A DNA stretch of 62,900 bases, filler included, from Octopus bimaculoides (taxonomy: Eukaryota), in NCBI RefSeq assembly GCF_001194135.2. It is 3 parts of one record of this genome, joined end to end, with 100 filler letters (N's around TTAATTAATTAA, not from the genome) between each part and the next. Parts side by side here need not be neighbours in the genome. Positions count along the whole stretch, not along the records: positions 25,356 to 54,642 come from NC_068981.1; 2 more parts are not named here. One strand, 5' to 3'. The notes under the pieces were generated by a model. The model was given only the letters and a program-made list of their open reading frames with translations, had not been told where the DNA came from and made no database searches. Positions 40,231-54,228 of the stretch are shown here, piece after piece (the stretch's first letter is position 1; each line of letters begins with the position of its first letter). The translations under genes were made by a program, and so were the position numbers.

Positions 40231-40799
40231 CAAAATCGATTATGATATCGTTAATTCCTTGTGTAATTTCTTTTCTGCATTGCTGACAGCTGATTGTCTC
40301 ACTATTCAGTTGTTTGTAAAATTGTTAAGTGATTGAAGAAGTAGAAACGTGCCCCACAGGATGTTAGTCTTCAGCTTGAAACAGTATTCTATCTTTTGTT
40401 TCCGTTGCTGTCTCACCGTTCCATAAATTCTCTTCAATGATTGTCAGTTAGAATACATAACTTCACAAAGTGAACTGAAAGTCAACCGAGGATAAACATA
40501 TTTTCTCACCTGTTCTCATTTTTGTGGCAAGAAAACAAAATTTCGTCAAATTCTACCAGTTGTGTAAATTCTTATTGTATGCAATAGTGGTGTTCGTACA
40601 GACGAAATAACAGAGAAAGACTAGTTCAAATTATGTAACAGTTAAATATACTTTTTATTACGCTGCCAATAAATGTTGTGTGACGAAAATTACTTAATAA
40701 AGCCCTGGACTCAGGGTCTTTTCTCAACAGAGCCACTACAGCCTGGCCTACACAGCTGGTTATGTGCTACCAATTGCAGGTGTAAGCAAGTCTGGCAAG

Positions 40800-41800
40800 C
40801 TGCAATAATGTTGGTACTATAAACTATTCATTCCTAGCAATTTATCCTTCGAACAGTCAGGCGTGGTGTCCCAATTTCAGGAACTGAAATCAGACAGATT
40901 TTAGCGCAAAATTCTTCCGCCGTCATTTACGATAGGCTATTGAGGCAGACATCTAAACGACGGCGGATCCGTCAACAAAGTCTTTCTGAAAAACAGCATA
41001 CATTCGACTGGAATCAGATTCACATGTGCTTTGCAGTCTATCAAAGACCTTGTCGTGCTTTGGTCGACACAATGTGCCTCTACCACCCAGTCAACACTGA
41101 ATGGATTTAGTACTTTTTGTAATTTAGTATAATGGTCTAAACTCGAACAACGCAGCGTGTTTAGCGTCAAAGAAATTAGCCAGTGTCACTCTCATCACTT
41201 CCCCTTCAACTGCGAAGTTCTTTCTACAAACTTTTTTTGTTAATAACTCCCTTTCAGTCTAACATTCTCTTCTGCTACTTTCTTACTATACTCTATTGAG
41301 TCTACAAGTTTTCTTTTTCAAATCCAACAACTATCTATTATTTTCAATCGCCCACCCCCGCTAACAATTTCAACATTATTAGCATTCTCTCTAGATTTTA
41401 CATACCATAACTGCCGCATCTATCTTCTAGTATCCAGCCTAACCAGTTCTTTGTCTTAACGTTCTTGGCCAACACACGTATGAGTGGTTGACTACACAGT
41501 CAACCACTCAGAAATATTGACAACATGCATGGTCCTAATCAGTTCCCCTCTGTAACGTCAAAGGTTTCCTTGAGATGAGCACTTTGATGTAATATATTTA
41601 CTGTAACCTTTCCTTCCATCTGGATTTATTCGTCCCCTGTTGCTTCTTCTTTCTCTACTGTCTGCGTTAGTTTCTTACAGTATTACTTCTCGCCGTAAGA
41701 CGTTGAGATGGAATTGCAGCTCCAAGACTCTGTGCTGGATAAACTGACCTCTCTTTTTTCTCGATTCCCTATTTTCTCGGCCCTTCTACAGTTGGTACTG
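40800..41800. mobile_element. Possible degenerate Gypsy integrase relic
   Basis: WNQIHMCFA...LVD resembles the integrase WxRIHIDFAG...VVD motif. Weak. Confidence 0.3.
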
Positions 41801-42669
41801 AGAATGAGGTGATTCCAATTGCTTTCGCTCTGGTTATCCTCGGAGTTTCGCCTGGTGATGCTACGGCGGCAGCAGCAGCTATAACAGCAACCATAGTCTA
41901 TTTATCCCCATCCTCCTGCACCGTTTTTTCTTTTTGAACTTTGAGCAAAAAATCCAGTTGTGTCAAGTTCCCACGCGCCTAGTTTTTTGTTCTACATAAC
42001 CCATTTGATCTACTTTCCCTTTGTTCTTACTATGTAATATAATTCCCGAATTGCCTTCTCAAAATTCATTAAACGGCAACGAATTTTATGAAAGGTGGGT
42101 GATAGGTGAATTCATACTCTCTTTATATTACTTTCTCTTACCTTGTGAGCAGTAGCAATTGCCGTTAGGCTTTTGTTTTCCTTCTCCAACTAAGTGGGAG
42201 ATTTCACTTAGTTGAGATTTTTCACGGACATTACCCTATAATTTATTTACATATACATTATTATTGAGAGGACTGGTTTACAGCGTTTGCGTCACTCTTC
42301 ACTTAAACCTAATGCTTAAAATAACTCACAAATCAATAACTACTGTTGTTCAACATATTCTGGTTACCAATGCGATTTTTACCTCTCAGTTTGAATGGCA
42401 TTATTTCGTTTTGTCTATTAAGACTATACATAACTAACCTGACAATACTGAGTCACATATAGGTAGAGAACGACAGTGTAAACTGCTAGCTGGACATAAT
42501 ATTTAAACAAAGAATGATTTGCTGGCTCATAGTTCTGATTTCAATTCCTCCAGCACGGTGAATTATCTTTAGTAAATTGGGATCTTGAAATCTTTATTAC
42601 TGTCGAAAGTACCAGTTTGTACTGGCAATGCAAAGTTAGTGACTATTTGTTAGCTTATTCATATTTTAG

Positions 42670-42765
42670 TTGGAGACAGGGATTACCTCTCATAACTTTT
42701 GCAGTCCTTCCGATACAACTGATAATCAGTTTGAACTTGTATATGTTGATGACCGTCCATTAAAC
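42670..42765 (+). CDS. Candidate 96-nt exon (LETGITSHNFCSPSDTTDNQFELVYVDDRPLN), gene unidentified
   Basis: Acceptor ttattcatattttag, donor AAC|gtaagc, only frame 0 open, phase 0-0. Confidence 0.25.
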
Positions 42766-43549
42766 GTAAGCATCGGAGTAGTTTTAATGATTTACTGTTC
42801 TGAAAAAGAATAATTATGCAGAATTTGTATTGTGGTTTGAAGTATACGGTACAGTACGGGTACTGTGAGGTACAGAAGTATCGGCTGAGTTTTCGTGGAG
42901 CCATGCGCATACAGCTAGTTCAGGGTATTAAAAATCTGTTATAGGAATGGTGGAGTAATAACTAATGATATGACTCTAAGTTAATTCGTTCTTTACCTGT
43001 CAGTAAAGACTGTTTTTAATGAGCTATTAAAAAATTGTGTTACCAACTCTTTGTTCCAGTAGTGTGAGCTGTTCTAACTCTTTCTTCACTGTTTTAATGC
43101 CATAAAAGGCCATCGGGCATTATGAGGCATGGGTAATAAAATATGTTCCCGTGAGTTGTGTAATAAAAGCGGAGCCCCTCGGCTGAATGGGACTTAATAA
43201 ACAAGAAAGTCGTTGATGTATTGAAAGAAGTGCATGAGAAGTATAATGCGTAAGGAAAATTACTCTGAGGTGACTTCTGCTCAACAAATCAAGGTCAGAT
43301 TAGTGCCATCATGCTTAATGTAGCAAAAAGAATTTAATTGTACAGGAGAGAGTTGCTGATTTATGTACATTAATGTGAGAGAAATTATTTAAGATGCTAT
43401 CAGCACGAAAATATCAGTCAAGTTATTACCATCGTACTAAAAGCAATTATTGTGATACGTTTTGATGCCGACTTATGAATATTACTGCACATTAATATAA
43501 TGACTCTCTTACCACTAACCTGACGGAAAAAACTTATTATTATCATTAA

Positions 43550-43665
43550 GGACAGCGTTATTAAGGACAGCTAGGATACTTAGGAATGTTCTTGGCATCT
43601 AAGGTTACTTGTTGTTACCCGATGTTAGGATTGTGTGCGTATATGAAATAATAATAATAATGTTT
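43550..43665 (+). mobile_element. R4/Dong-type extreme 3' fragment with TAA tail
   Basis: RTALLRTARILRNVLGI* followed by a short UTR and (TAA)n. Confidence 0.65.
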
Positions 43666-43902
43666 AGCTGAAAAGATATAATAAAGACCGGAAATGCCCA
43701 GAATGTCCTCTATACACGCATTAATCAGATTAAATTAATATCAGTATTTGGGCCAACCCACATAAGTATCATTAATTAATTATACCAAATATGATGTCTT
43801 TAACTTGTTTTGAGAGATATAACTGAGCACTAAGATACATTTGAGGTGATTGAACGTTTTATAAGAAACACAGTTTTACAACATATTGGTTATTTTCCCT
43901 AA

Positions 43903-43950
<48 letters not shown>

Positions 43951-44649
43951 TTGGAAAAGAATGCGTGGCGTTCAATTAAATAATAATGCAAATAATATAT
44001 TTATATGCATATATATACATATATATATGTTTATTGTTTACACGCCTGTTTTCGTCTTTTGGGTTTTTTGGGGATTTTTTTTTTTTTTGTAAATTCTAAC
44101 TATATATATATATATGGGTACAGGACGTCACCAACATTAAACAACATGAAATACGAAAACAAATGAGTTAAATACGCAAATAACGAGAGAGAGAAAAGGA
44201 CAATACAAAGAACGACTCTTCATCAGTTGTCGACTGTCTATCTACACCCCATTTCGAACAATCAACGACAATATGAGTCTTTGAAGACAGCTGCCATAAA
44301 TACCAAAATAAAATTTTGGATTTATGGAGGGTCAAATTTAGGAACAAAAACAGGACAGTGGAGGCATACAGCGAAACCAAGCGAAAACTAACATGGAGGG
44401 TCGTTAGACCTGGACGTGGGGAAAATAGTGAATGCTGAGAGAAATATTTTCTTTGAAAAGAGAAAAGATAGAAGAGAGAGAAAGAAGACATCCAGTCCTT
44501 AGAACGCCCGTGCAGGAAAGAAAGATGATCACGTGAGAAAAAGAAAGATAGATAATGGTCACGTGTGAGCAACGACAGAGAGAAGAAAAAGAGAGAGAGA
44601 AAGAAAGAGAGTGGGATCTAAATGTATGTATGTATGTATGTGTTCTTTA

Positions 44650-45447
44650 ATGTATGGGAATTGATTCTATGTTGTTTTCAGATCGGTTATTTTGTTTGAA
44701 ATTTAGAAACCGTACAAACATGGTCTGAACTCTTTAAAAATATCCTCTGGAGTGATGTAGCAGTATTCCACATTGGTGGATTTGTGAACCGTCACAACTG
44801 TCACTACTGAGCAGGAGAAGATCCTCGTATTACCTCTGAAAAAATGCAGAGCCGGCCCACGGTAGCGGTATGGTGTGGAATGACTTTGGACAGGATAGTG
44901 GGTCCTTACATCTTTTGCAATACCATGAATGCTGAAAGGTACCTCACCATGCAGCAAAATGAAATCTGGCCTGTTATCAGTATTTGGGAGAATATCGAAG
45001 ATTTGATTTTTATGCAAGATGGCGCTCCTCCACATTTTGCTATTGTTGTTCATAAATGGTTGAATGCCCACTTACTGGGGAGACGGATGGGTCGTCGAGG
45101 TCTGCATGATTGGCCGGCCAGAAGCCCTGATTTAACACCCTGCGACTTTTTTCTTTGGGGTTGGTTAAAGGAACAAGTCTACTCTACTGAACCAACGCTT
45201 TGAAAGAATTTGAAGGGCGAATACGAGAAGTTATGTCTCCCATCCAAAAAGAGTTCCTGATGAAATCAGACGATGCGCTTCCTGGGTGACTTGAAAAGCT
45301 GGTGGCGAATGTTGGTACCTATATCGAATTTTAAATAAAACTCCATGCTATACGCGTTCTTCACATATTCATTTTTTTTCTAAAAATTATAGTTAATAAA
45401 TAAATTATAAGCATTTTAAAATAGGGAGTTACTTTTCAATCACCCTG
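44650..45447 (+). mobile_element. Tc1/mariner-superfamily transposon, DD41D (rosa-type), 5'-truncated
   Basis: NILWSD.AVFHIGGFVNRHNC...FMQDGAPPH...WPARSPDLTPCDFFLWG, with 41 residues counted between the second and third D. Right TIR ttacttttcaatcaccctg|TA. Internal stops. Confidence 0.85.
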
Positions 45448-45459
45448 TATATATATGTA

Positions 45460-48400
45460 CAGAAATACCTCGATATACGAGTTAATTTGTTCCCGGAGAT
45501 TGCTCGTAAAGCAAAAACTCGTAAAGCAGGGTAATAATTTCCCATAGTAACAATGTTATAAATCGTAATTCGTTCCCAGAAAAATATTTCACCTTTAAAA
45601 TTTATAATACTCGTAAATAAATGACAATAAAACAACAGAAAAATGTAAAAAATATTTTATGTAAAGTAAAAAGAATGTCAAAATCATTTATAATAAAAAA
45701 TATTGTTATAATCGTTTTCTGAATCACTTTCACTTGCACTAGAGCGCGCACACCATCACTTATAAACACAATCGCCGATGCACAAGCACTCGTATACGGA
45801 TTTGTAGATTTCTTTTTAAAAGACAAGTCTAGAGTTGTTTGCTTAGAAGAAGCTTCTTTTTTTTTCGCTCTCTGGGGAGGAGAGCTGTGGGTGTTTTTTA
45901 GTGCATATGGTCCGGGAGTGAAAGGAGTGAGGAAGAAGTAGAAGAGTTCTGGAGTAAACTGACACAGTGTGTGGATAGGGTGGGGAAAAGTGGTTATGTG
46001 GCGGTGTTGGGTGATTTGAATGCGTGAGTGGGAAATGAAGAAGAAAATGTAGTAGGAAAATATGGAGTTTCTGGTCGGAATGGTGTATGGAGCAGGAGTT
46101 GGTGGTGAGGAACAGTTTTTTTTTTAATGTGGGAGAAGAATAGGTTCACGTGGTGGAGGGTGGAGGAAAGAACAGTCGTAGATAGGGCCTTGATGGATTA
46201 TATATCCATTGATAAGAGAGTAGCAGGAAGGCTTATGGATGTGCATGTAAGGAGAGGTGAAGGTGGAGGAGTGTCAGATCACTTATTAGTAAAGGGTAAG
46301 TTGAAGGTATGATCAAAAGGGAATGCTAGACGAGTGACAGGGAGGAGAGAGGTTGTGAAGGTGAGTGAACTGGATAAGAGAGAGAATGGCAGGAATATGC
46401 AGAGAAACTGAGAGGTGAATATGAACAGGTTAAGAAACGGGAGGTAGAAGATGTGGAGAAAGAGTAGGAGGCTGTTAGAGAGGCAGTATTGAGATGTACC
46501 TCTGAGGTACGTGGTACACGAGTGGCTGGAATAGGTGTGATAAAAGTTAGTGTGTGACGGAATGAGCAGGTAAGAGATGCAGTGGCAGAGAAGAAAAGGA
46601 CCTTTGAAGAGTGGTTGCAGAAAGGGAAATGAGAGGCTTATGATCGCTACAGAGAACTGAAGAGGAGATAGTGGTGAGAGTGGCGAAATGGAAGGCGAGT
46701 GAAAGGTTGGGAAAAATTTGAGTGAAAATTTTCTAAGAAATAAAAAGATGTTTTGAAAAGAGGTACAGAGGGCAAGAAAGATGGTTGGAGGAAGGAAAGA
46801 AAGGGTGAAGGATGTAAATGGTAATTTGTTGGATAGAAGTGAGGATGTGCAAAGGAGATGGGCCGAGTATCTTAGTGAGTTGTTAAATGTGGAGAATGTT
46901 AGGGAGGCAAGTATAGTGGCTGTAGGAGGAGAGAGGAGAATGCCTGTTGTCGAGGAATGGAACTACGGTGCAATTGGAAGAGAGGAGGTGAGGGAATTCT
47001 TGAAGAAGGCGCCAGGTATAGATGGGTGTACAGTGGAATGCCTAAAGAAAGGAGGAGTGACAGTGATTAGCGAGGCTTATGAATGTTTGTTATATGGCTG
47101 GAAGAGTACCAAAGGACAGGTGCAGTGCCTGTATAGTGCCACTGTACAAGAGGAAAGGGAGAAAATGTAAGTGAGGAATGGAAATTTTAGAGGTATAAGT
47201 CTGTTGTGTGTGGTTGGTAAAATGAATGGAAGAATTCTGATTCTTAGGGTGACGAACCACACAGAGAGTGTACTAGGGGAGGAGCAGTGTGGTTTTGGGA
47301 GTGGGAGGGAGTGTGCAGATCAAATCTTTGTAATAAGGCAGATGTGTGAGAAGTTTTTGGCAAAAGGGAGGGAGGTGTATTTGGCCTTTATGGACCTAGA
47401 GAAGGTATATGACCGTGTGGATAGGATTGCAATGTGGCACGGGTTACGGTTGTATGGAGTAGATGGTAGATTGTTGAGAGTTGTTCAGAGCTTTTATAGA
47501 GAAAGTGGGGCGTGCGTTGAGGTGGGTGGTGAAGTGAGTGGTTTAATGTGAAGGTGGGTTAAGACAGGGTTGTGTGATGTCTCTGTGGTTGTTTAACTTA
47601 TATGTGAATAGAGTGGTGAGAGCGGTAAATGCTAGAACCTTAGGTAGGGGAGCCCAAATGGTGAGAGAAAATGGAGAGAAATGGCAGGTGAGTCAGTTGT
47701 TGTTTGCTGATGATACAGCACTGATAGTGGATTTGGAAGAGCAACTGAAGACACTGGTGGTAGAGTTTGGAAGAGTGCGTGAGAGGAGGAAACTGAAAAT
47801 GAATGTATCTAAAAGTAAGGTGATGAGATGTTCGAGAGATGAAATGGCTGGTAGGGTGGATGTGAGTATAAATGGTGAGATGTTAGAGGAGGTGAGTGTT
47901 TTTAAGTGTCTGGGATCATATCTGACGGCTGAGGATGTGGGATACAGAGTGAGGGAGGGGAGAAAGATACTTGGAATTGTGAAAGATATGCTGAGAGATA
48001 AAAGGTTGAGTATGAACGCGAAAATAGGTGTGTATGAGAGCATGATTGTGCCGACAATGTTATATGGTACAGAGACGTGGGGGCTGAGAGAGGCGGAAAG
48101 GAGGCGACTGGATGTGTTTGAGATGAGATGTCTGAGGGCTATGGTTGGTGTGACACAGATGAACAGGATGAGGAATGAGGAGTGCGAAGGCGAGCAGGAA
48201 TGAGAGAAAAACTAACAACCAAAACGGACAAACGAATGTTGAGATGGTTTGGCCACAGGGTGAGGATGAAGGAGGAGCAAATGGTAAAGAGGGTGATGAA
48301 GGCAGAATTGGTAGGCAGCAGAACCAGATGCAGACCTCGGTTTGTGTGAATGGATGGAGTGAAGAAAACTTTGGTGGTTAGAGGTGTTGGAGTGAGAGAG

Positions 48401-48810
48401 ACAAGAGAGTTTATAAATGATAGGAAAACTTGGAGAGTGTTTGTGGACGGATGAGTGAATTTGATGTTGCTCAAAGGAGTACGGAACCAGTATGATGCAG
48501 CGGGGGTAAACCAGCATATGCTGTCGGGCTCTATGCCTAGAACGAGGCTCGCCTCTTTGAGCTGGGAAATGAATGAAATGCCTGGTGTGTGTCTTGTTGT
48601 GGTTTACCCTTCCTAAAAAAAATAGAGAATAGGCCTGGCAATTTATATAATATAAATTTCTCGGTAACACGCAGAAGCATTTGTTATGATAGTAGAAACT
48701 TTTGCACTTAGTTCAAAATTTGGATCTTATGGTTGAAAAATTTATCATAAAATAAAACTCGTAAACCCGGGTTTTCGTAAAGTGGGTCCTCGTAAAGTGA
48801 AGTATTATTG
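45460..48810. mobile_element. Tigger/pogo-like non-autonomous element split by an RTE insertion
   Basis: TA|cagaaatacctcgatatacgag ... ctcgtaaagtgaagtattattg|TA imperfect TIRs; ctcgtaaa subterminal motifs at both ends. Confidence 0.55.
45870..48625 (+). mobile_element. RTE-clade LINE (~2.7 kb: APE fragment, RT, 3' end), degenerate
   Basis: SAYGPG...VLGDLNA (APE), NFRGISLLCVVGK, EEQCGFGSGRECADQIF, AFMDLEKVYDRVDR, LLFADDTAL, MLYGTETW...LDVFEMRCLR. Confidence 0.92.
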
Positions 48811-49781
48811 TATGTGTGTGTGTATTTATATGTATCTGNNNNNNNNNNNNNNNNNNNNNNNNNNNNNNNNNNNNNNNNNNNNNNNNNNNNNNNNNNNNNN
48901 NNNNNNNNNNNNNNNNNNNNNNNNNNNNNNNNNNNNNNNNNNNNNNNNNNNNNNNNNNNNNNNNNNNNNNNNNNNNNNNNNNNNNNNNNNNNNNNNNNNN
49001 NNNNNNNNNNNNNNNNNNNNNNNNNNNNNNNNNNNNNNNNNNNNNNNNNNNNNNNNNNNNNNNNNNNNNNNNNNNNNNNNNNNNNNNNNNNNNNNNNNNN
49101 NNNNNNNNNNNNNNNNNNNNNNNNNNNNNNNNNNNNNNNNNNNNNNNNNNNNNNNNNNNNNNNNNNNNNNNNNNNNNNNNNNNNNNNNNNNNNNNNNNNN
49201 NNNNNNNNNNNNNNNNNNNNNNNNNNNNNNNNNNNNNNNNNNNNNNNNNNNNNNNNNNNNNNNNNNNNNNNNNNNNNNNNNNNNNNNNNNNNNNNNNNNN
49301 NNNNNNNNNNNNNNNNNNNNNNNNNNNNNNNNNNNNNNNNNNNNNNNNNNNNNNNNNNNNNNNNNNNNNNNNNNNNNNNNNNNNNNNNNNNNNNNNNNNN
49401 NNNNNNNNNNNNNNNNNNNNNNNNNNNNNNNNNNNNNNNNNNNNNNNNNNNNNNNNNNNNNNNNNNNNNNNNNNNNNNNNNNNNNNNNNNNNNNNNNNNN
49501 NNNNNNNNNNNNNNNNNNNNNNNNNNNNNNNNNNNNNNNNNNNNNNNNNNNNNNNNNNNNNNNNNNNNNNNNNNNNNNNNNNNNNNNNNNNNNNNNNNNN
49601 NNNNNNNNNNNNNNNNNNNNNNNNNNNNNNNNNNNNNNNNNNNNNNNNNNNNNNNNNTATATATATATATATATATATATACATACATGTATGCGCGCAC
49701 GCACACATACATGCATACATACATACATACATACATACATACATACATACATACATGCATGCATGTATATGTATATATGTA

Positions 49782-49960
49782 TCTTAATATATAAAATCCG
49801 TTGTCTGTCTGTCTGTTTGTGCGCTTATAACTCGAGTATTGTTCATCCGATCGCGCTGAAATTTTAAACATGGATACATGAGAGAGCGGGGCGTTTCGTA
49901 ATCTAAAAAGATTTTCAAAATGGTTAGTTTGAAAGTGAGAATCGCTATTTTTGTAATCTT
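49782..49960 (+). mobile_element. Helitron-like 5' end
   Basis: A|TCttaatatataaaa start followed by (GTCT)n and ccgatcgcgctgaaatttt, typical of non-autonomous Helitron/Helentron 5' ends. Confidence 0.5.
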
Positions 49961-50099
49961 TGTGTTCTGTTTGTTCCGCCATTACAACAACCAGTTGTTC
50001 AGACAGCCGGCAAGCACAAGTTGCGCACTGGGGTCAATCTAATCGACTGGCCCCCTCCCCAAAAATTTCGAGCCTTGTGCCTAGAGTAGAAAAGAATAT

Positions 50100-50720
50100 T
50101 TTCGACATCTGTGTGACCATGCTTTTATGCAAAATAATGAAGGCGGAAGTCGCTATTAACTTCAAGCTCAATGAGAACTTATTCAACACGGGAAGGTTGC
50201 AGGCCAGTACCAAGCTAAAATCTGAACAGATCATGGAAATACAGTATGCTGATGACTGTATCCTTGTAGCTCACACTCCGGAAGTATTTAAACCATTATT
50301 TCGGCAGCTGTTGCAGCTTATAACAAGATTTGACGTTTAACATTGTAAACTTCACCGCTCTCTCTCTCTCTTCAGTTAGCTCTCTCCTAGCCGCACTCAG
50401 CAATTCAGATAACGAGGTAACGTAATTTACAACGACTATACACTGAACGAAGAGATTCTAAAACACCGTATTACAGGTCTCTATATCCTTTACAAGGGAA
50501 GAGAGTCTTTCTAAACAACCATCTCAGCCTCTATACCAAGGTTCTCGTCTACCGAGCATTGGTTCCATACTTCCATATGAATGTAAGATAGAAACCGGAC
50601 AAAGTCGACACATTAAGAACCTGGAGGTCTTTAACATCCTGTAACACCCGAAGATATTTTCAGTAATCTGTTGAGAAAGTGTTATGCTCGTAGAAATCCT
50701 AACAAACCAACACCAGCATT
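50100..50720 (+). mobile_element. RTE-clade RT fragments (second subfamily)
   Basis: LFNTGRLQASTK...EIQYADDCILVAHT. Confidence 0.7.
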
Positions 50721-50769
50721 GAACACTCTTCAATTGAAATGTCTCAGTCTTGTAGTTGTTAAATCTGAC

Positions 50770-50930
50770 TCATGACTTTCCCACTGGATCCACCTCAGCC
50801 AGCTATAAACGACCCCGAATGGATGAAAGGCAAAGTCGACCTCGGCGGAATTTGAACTCAGAACGTAAAAGCAGACGACCGCTAAGCATTTCGCCCGGCG
50901 TGCTAACGTCTCTGCCAGTTCACCGCCTTA
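50770..50930 (-). mobile_element. SINE family A, CpG intact
   Basis: Reverse complement of the family A head and body. Confidence 0.85.
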
Positions 50931-53003
50931 GATGTCGAAAATATTAAACAGTACAAGCGCCGGCAGGCACTCTTCTTAAACATCGAGTTTTATACTAATG
51001 GACTGAAGTTTCTGCCCTAGCAACACAGACCAGCAAATCTGTATAATATGATGATCATATATGGTAGAAGATAAGCAACCAAACTTTCTGTGAAAACCCC
51101 ATAGATCTTCCGGTTAATAGTATTAAAATCCTTCCATAATTGCAATGAGCAGGTCGTCATGTTGCTTTCTACATTTCGCCTGAAGCTACTCTATGATGGA
51201 AATCACGTCGAACATGTATCAATCCCTGTGTAAGCTGCACTGTAATTCTCGTGTAGTTTTCTGATATTGGCTGAATCAATCTTTTCAGCACAACCTTACT
51301 CTGGACTTACTTTGCAAGGGACAGCGTTTTAAACCTATTTTCAAATCCATTGCAACATAAGTCCATCTACTAGAACAAGGAAAACAAAGCAACAAATAGA
51401 TTTTTCTTCCTTATTTTAGTAGTAAATGATGTTATCATTCTTCTAGCAAGACGTATATATGCCAACGATGTATATATAGTTCTGGTTCCACACTTATATG
51501 ATGTAGTGATGAAGAGTGCTTGCTCAACAATTACTACACTTCTTCGAGATTCTGATGAAATATTGTCCGGTCCAAAAGATTTAAGTATTAACTTCAGCAA
51601 ATGTTGGTGGCTCATCAAAAAATGCAGATGATTCTAGAATTCTTCGAAAACAAATGATTTAGAAACTGATAGAAATTTTCCCGACACTTCAATATTTCTG
51701 ACTAATCATGGTACAGTTCTCGAGGCCATGGGTGTGTTTATTGTGTCCTAGAAATTGTACGTATCATGCTTTTGTGCATGCATCTAGATTTCTTGAGGTT
51801 TTGTAATCTGCTCCATCATTCATTTTGCAGTATACGAATTATAGATTAAGCTTCTCTACTTATTTAGCTGTTCAATTACAATCATACTGAAACACCGGTA
51901 CCTCAGAGAATGCTGCGTCATTGAATTGTATGTAAGGCCAACACAAATCCTTTAAAGGGAGCTGTCGTTCTCCGAAACCGAAATCCAACAGCGAAATGCA
52001 TATTCGTTTCTGCTGGAACGTATTAACAAAAATCTAGTACTACGTTTATTAACAGCGCCTTAGTGATAATCTGATTTAATAGTATAAATAGCAAACAACA
52101 ATACTATTAGCACAGCTTGGCACTATAAATTATTACCCTTTTATTATTAAAAGACAACTCGAGAGAGCACCAGATTTGTTTTATAATACTTGTAGATTAC
52201 TTATCATGTGATTAATATTATAATGCATGCAAGAACCGTGATAGCGTCTTTTAATAATGTGTTATGGATTAAGAAAAATGGTGTTGCTTCTGTCAATGTT
52301 TATATAATCTAAAAGGATTTCGCAGAAGTTTGTGTAATTACTGGATTATATATTTTTACATTTAATCTATAAATGATTCCAGGACTTAAAGTAAGATTTA
52401 TACACCTTACTGCATTGTTGAAAGAAGTAGATTTATACATTAGTGCGAACACAAGCCTTAAATAGTCATTTTTACATATAGCCTTAGATTTAAACTGTAG
52501 GAAATAGCAATCTAATTTAAAGACAAATAAAATATTCCTATGCATTAATATGAATTCTGATCCCCGGCTGGCCATATTAAACAATTTTGTGAAAAATATT
52601 TATATTTGTTTGTCTACCATATTAGGAACATCCATTCGACAGTCTCTTAAAATATCTTCAGAATGGTTTTAAGTAAAACATTTATTACATGCCAAATAAT
52701 CCTAACAACCTTAACAAACACAAGATCACAAATTTCGAGATTTTATAGGATTATCCTTCTTTTAGCTTAGATGTAAGCACTAGCACAACCAAATATAACT
52801 ACATATGCAGATTAGTTTTCAACTAAACTTATATTGAAATCAATTAAAAATATATTACATGTAATTACGTTAAGGCAATAACATGCCATTGAAATGGCAA
52901 TTGCTTGGCTATTTCCATTATATACCATGTAAACAATGATTCAAATGTGAAATTGTATAACGGTCTTATGATAAATTTATTCACTGCCGTATGTGCGCTT
53001 GTG

Positions 53004-53040
<37 letters not shown>

Positions 53041-54118
53041 NNNNNNNNNNNNNNNNNNNNNCGTGCGTGTGCGTGTGCGTGTGCGTGTGTGTGTATGTGT
53101 GTGTGTGTGTGCATATATGGCGGGTATGTGTGTCTGCAATCCAGTATGTATATTCATATGCCTAAGGAATAGAATAGTGGTTGAATAGACATATGTGTAT
53201 ATCTGTGCATTAGCGTATAATAAGGGATAGGTGTGAATGTATGAGGAAGGGGACTGAAGTAAAATATGTGAAATTTGTGTATGAGGAAACTGTGTATGGT
53301 GGAAAGTGAGTTAGTGTGTTGAAGGGGCATGTGTAAATGAGATGGGCTAATGAGGGGTGAGATGTGGGGGATGGGATAACGGGGTGGGGTTGTCGGTAGA
53401 GCTGCAGAGATAAGGGAAAAGTGAGCAAGGGAAATAGTTGTGTAATTCTGGAGAAGGCAAAGAAGATTCGAATCCGGTATTGTCTATTAAATTTTACTAC
53501 ACAATCTTATTCTAACCACCTCTACTCTTTCTCTTTTTACTTCACTCACTCATGATATACAGACATACACACGCGCACACACAAAGATGTGTGTGTGTAT
53601 GTGTGTATGTGTGTGCGTGTGTGTATGTAAAGGGAAAAGAAAGAGGAAGAAGGAACAAAATAAGAGAGGTTGTTTATAAGATATTTAGTCATACCTTCTC
53701 ATGCGCGTTTCATTGACGAAAAATTATTAGCAGTCACATAATGTAAATTATATAGTCAAAGGGCATTGTCAAATCCTCAGAGATACGTTTCTCGTAGTCA
53801 TAATTTTATTGAATTAGTGTCATCGCTGGGTAAGCAAAGCAAACACCTATGTTTGCTTAGCGAGTAATGGCAACACTCACTAAATCACCAAATTTATGAA
53901 TGAAAGATACACTACTCTGAAGATTTGATCATGCGATTTGACCAATATAATTTTGCTAATGAAATGCGCATAAGATGGAGCGACTAAATGTCTTATAAAC
54001 AATTTTCCTGTTTTGTTTTCCATATGTACTATCTGGCATACCTGACCAAATGATCAATTTTCTATCTCTCATATATATGGGGGGGGGTGAGAGATAGAGA
54101 GAGAGAAAGATAGAGAGA

Positions 54119-54157
<39 letters not shown>

Positions 54158-54228
54158 CATATATTATTGATAGAAAAGACAACAAAAGAAAGAAAGAGAC
54201 CTCGATATTATGTAAATAGAGGAATTTG

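Noticed and set aside
44200-44300. Minus-strand gacaa-CTGATGA preceded by cGAAA in a dispersed repeat
   Set aside because: No GAAA or closing stems downstream, and the type II arrangement does not pair; no hammerhead could be built.
51370-51630. About 70-80 codons open on both strands
   Set aside because: No recognisable domain or good splice-site pair; possibly a decayed transposon.
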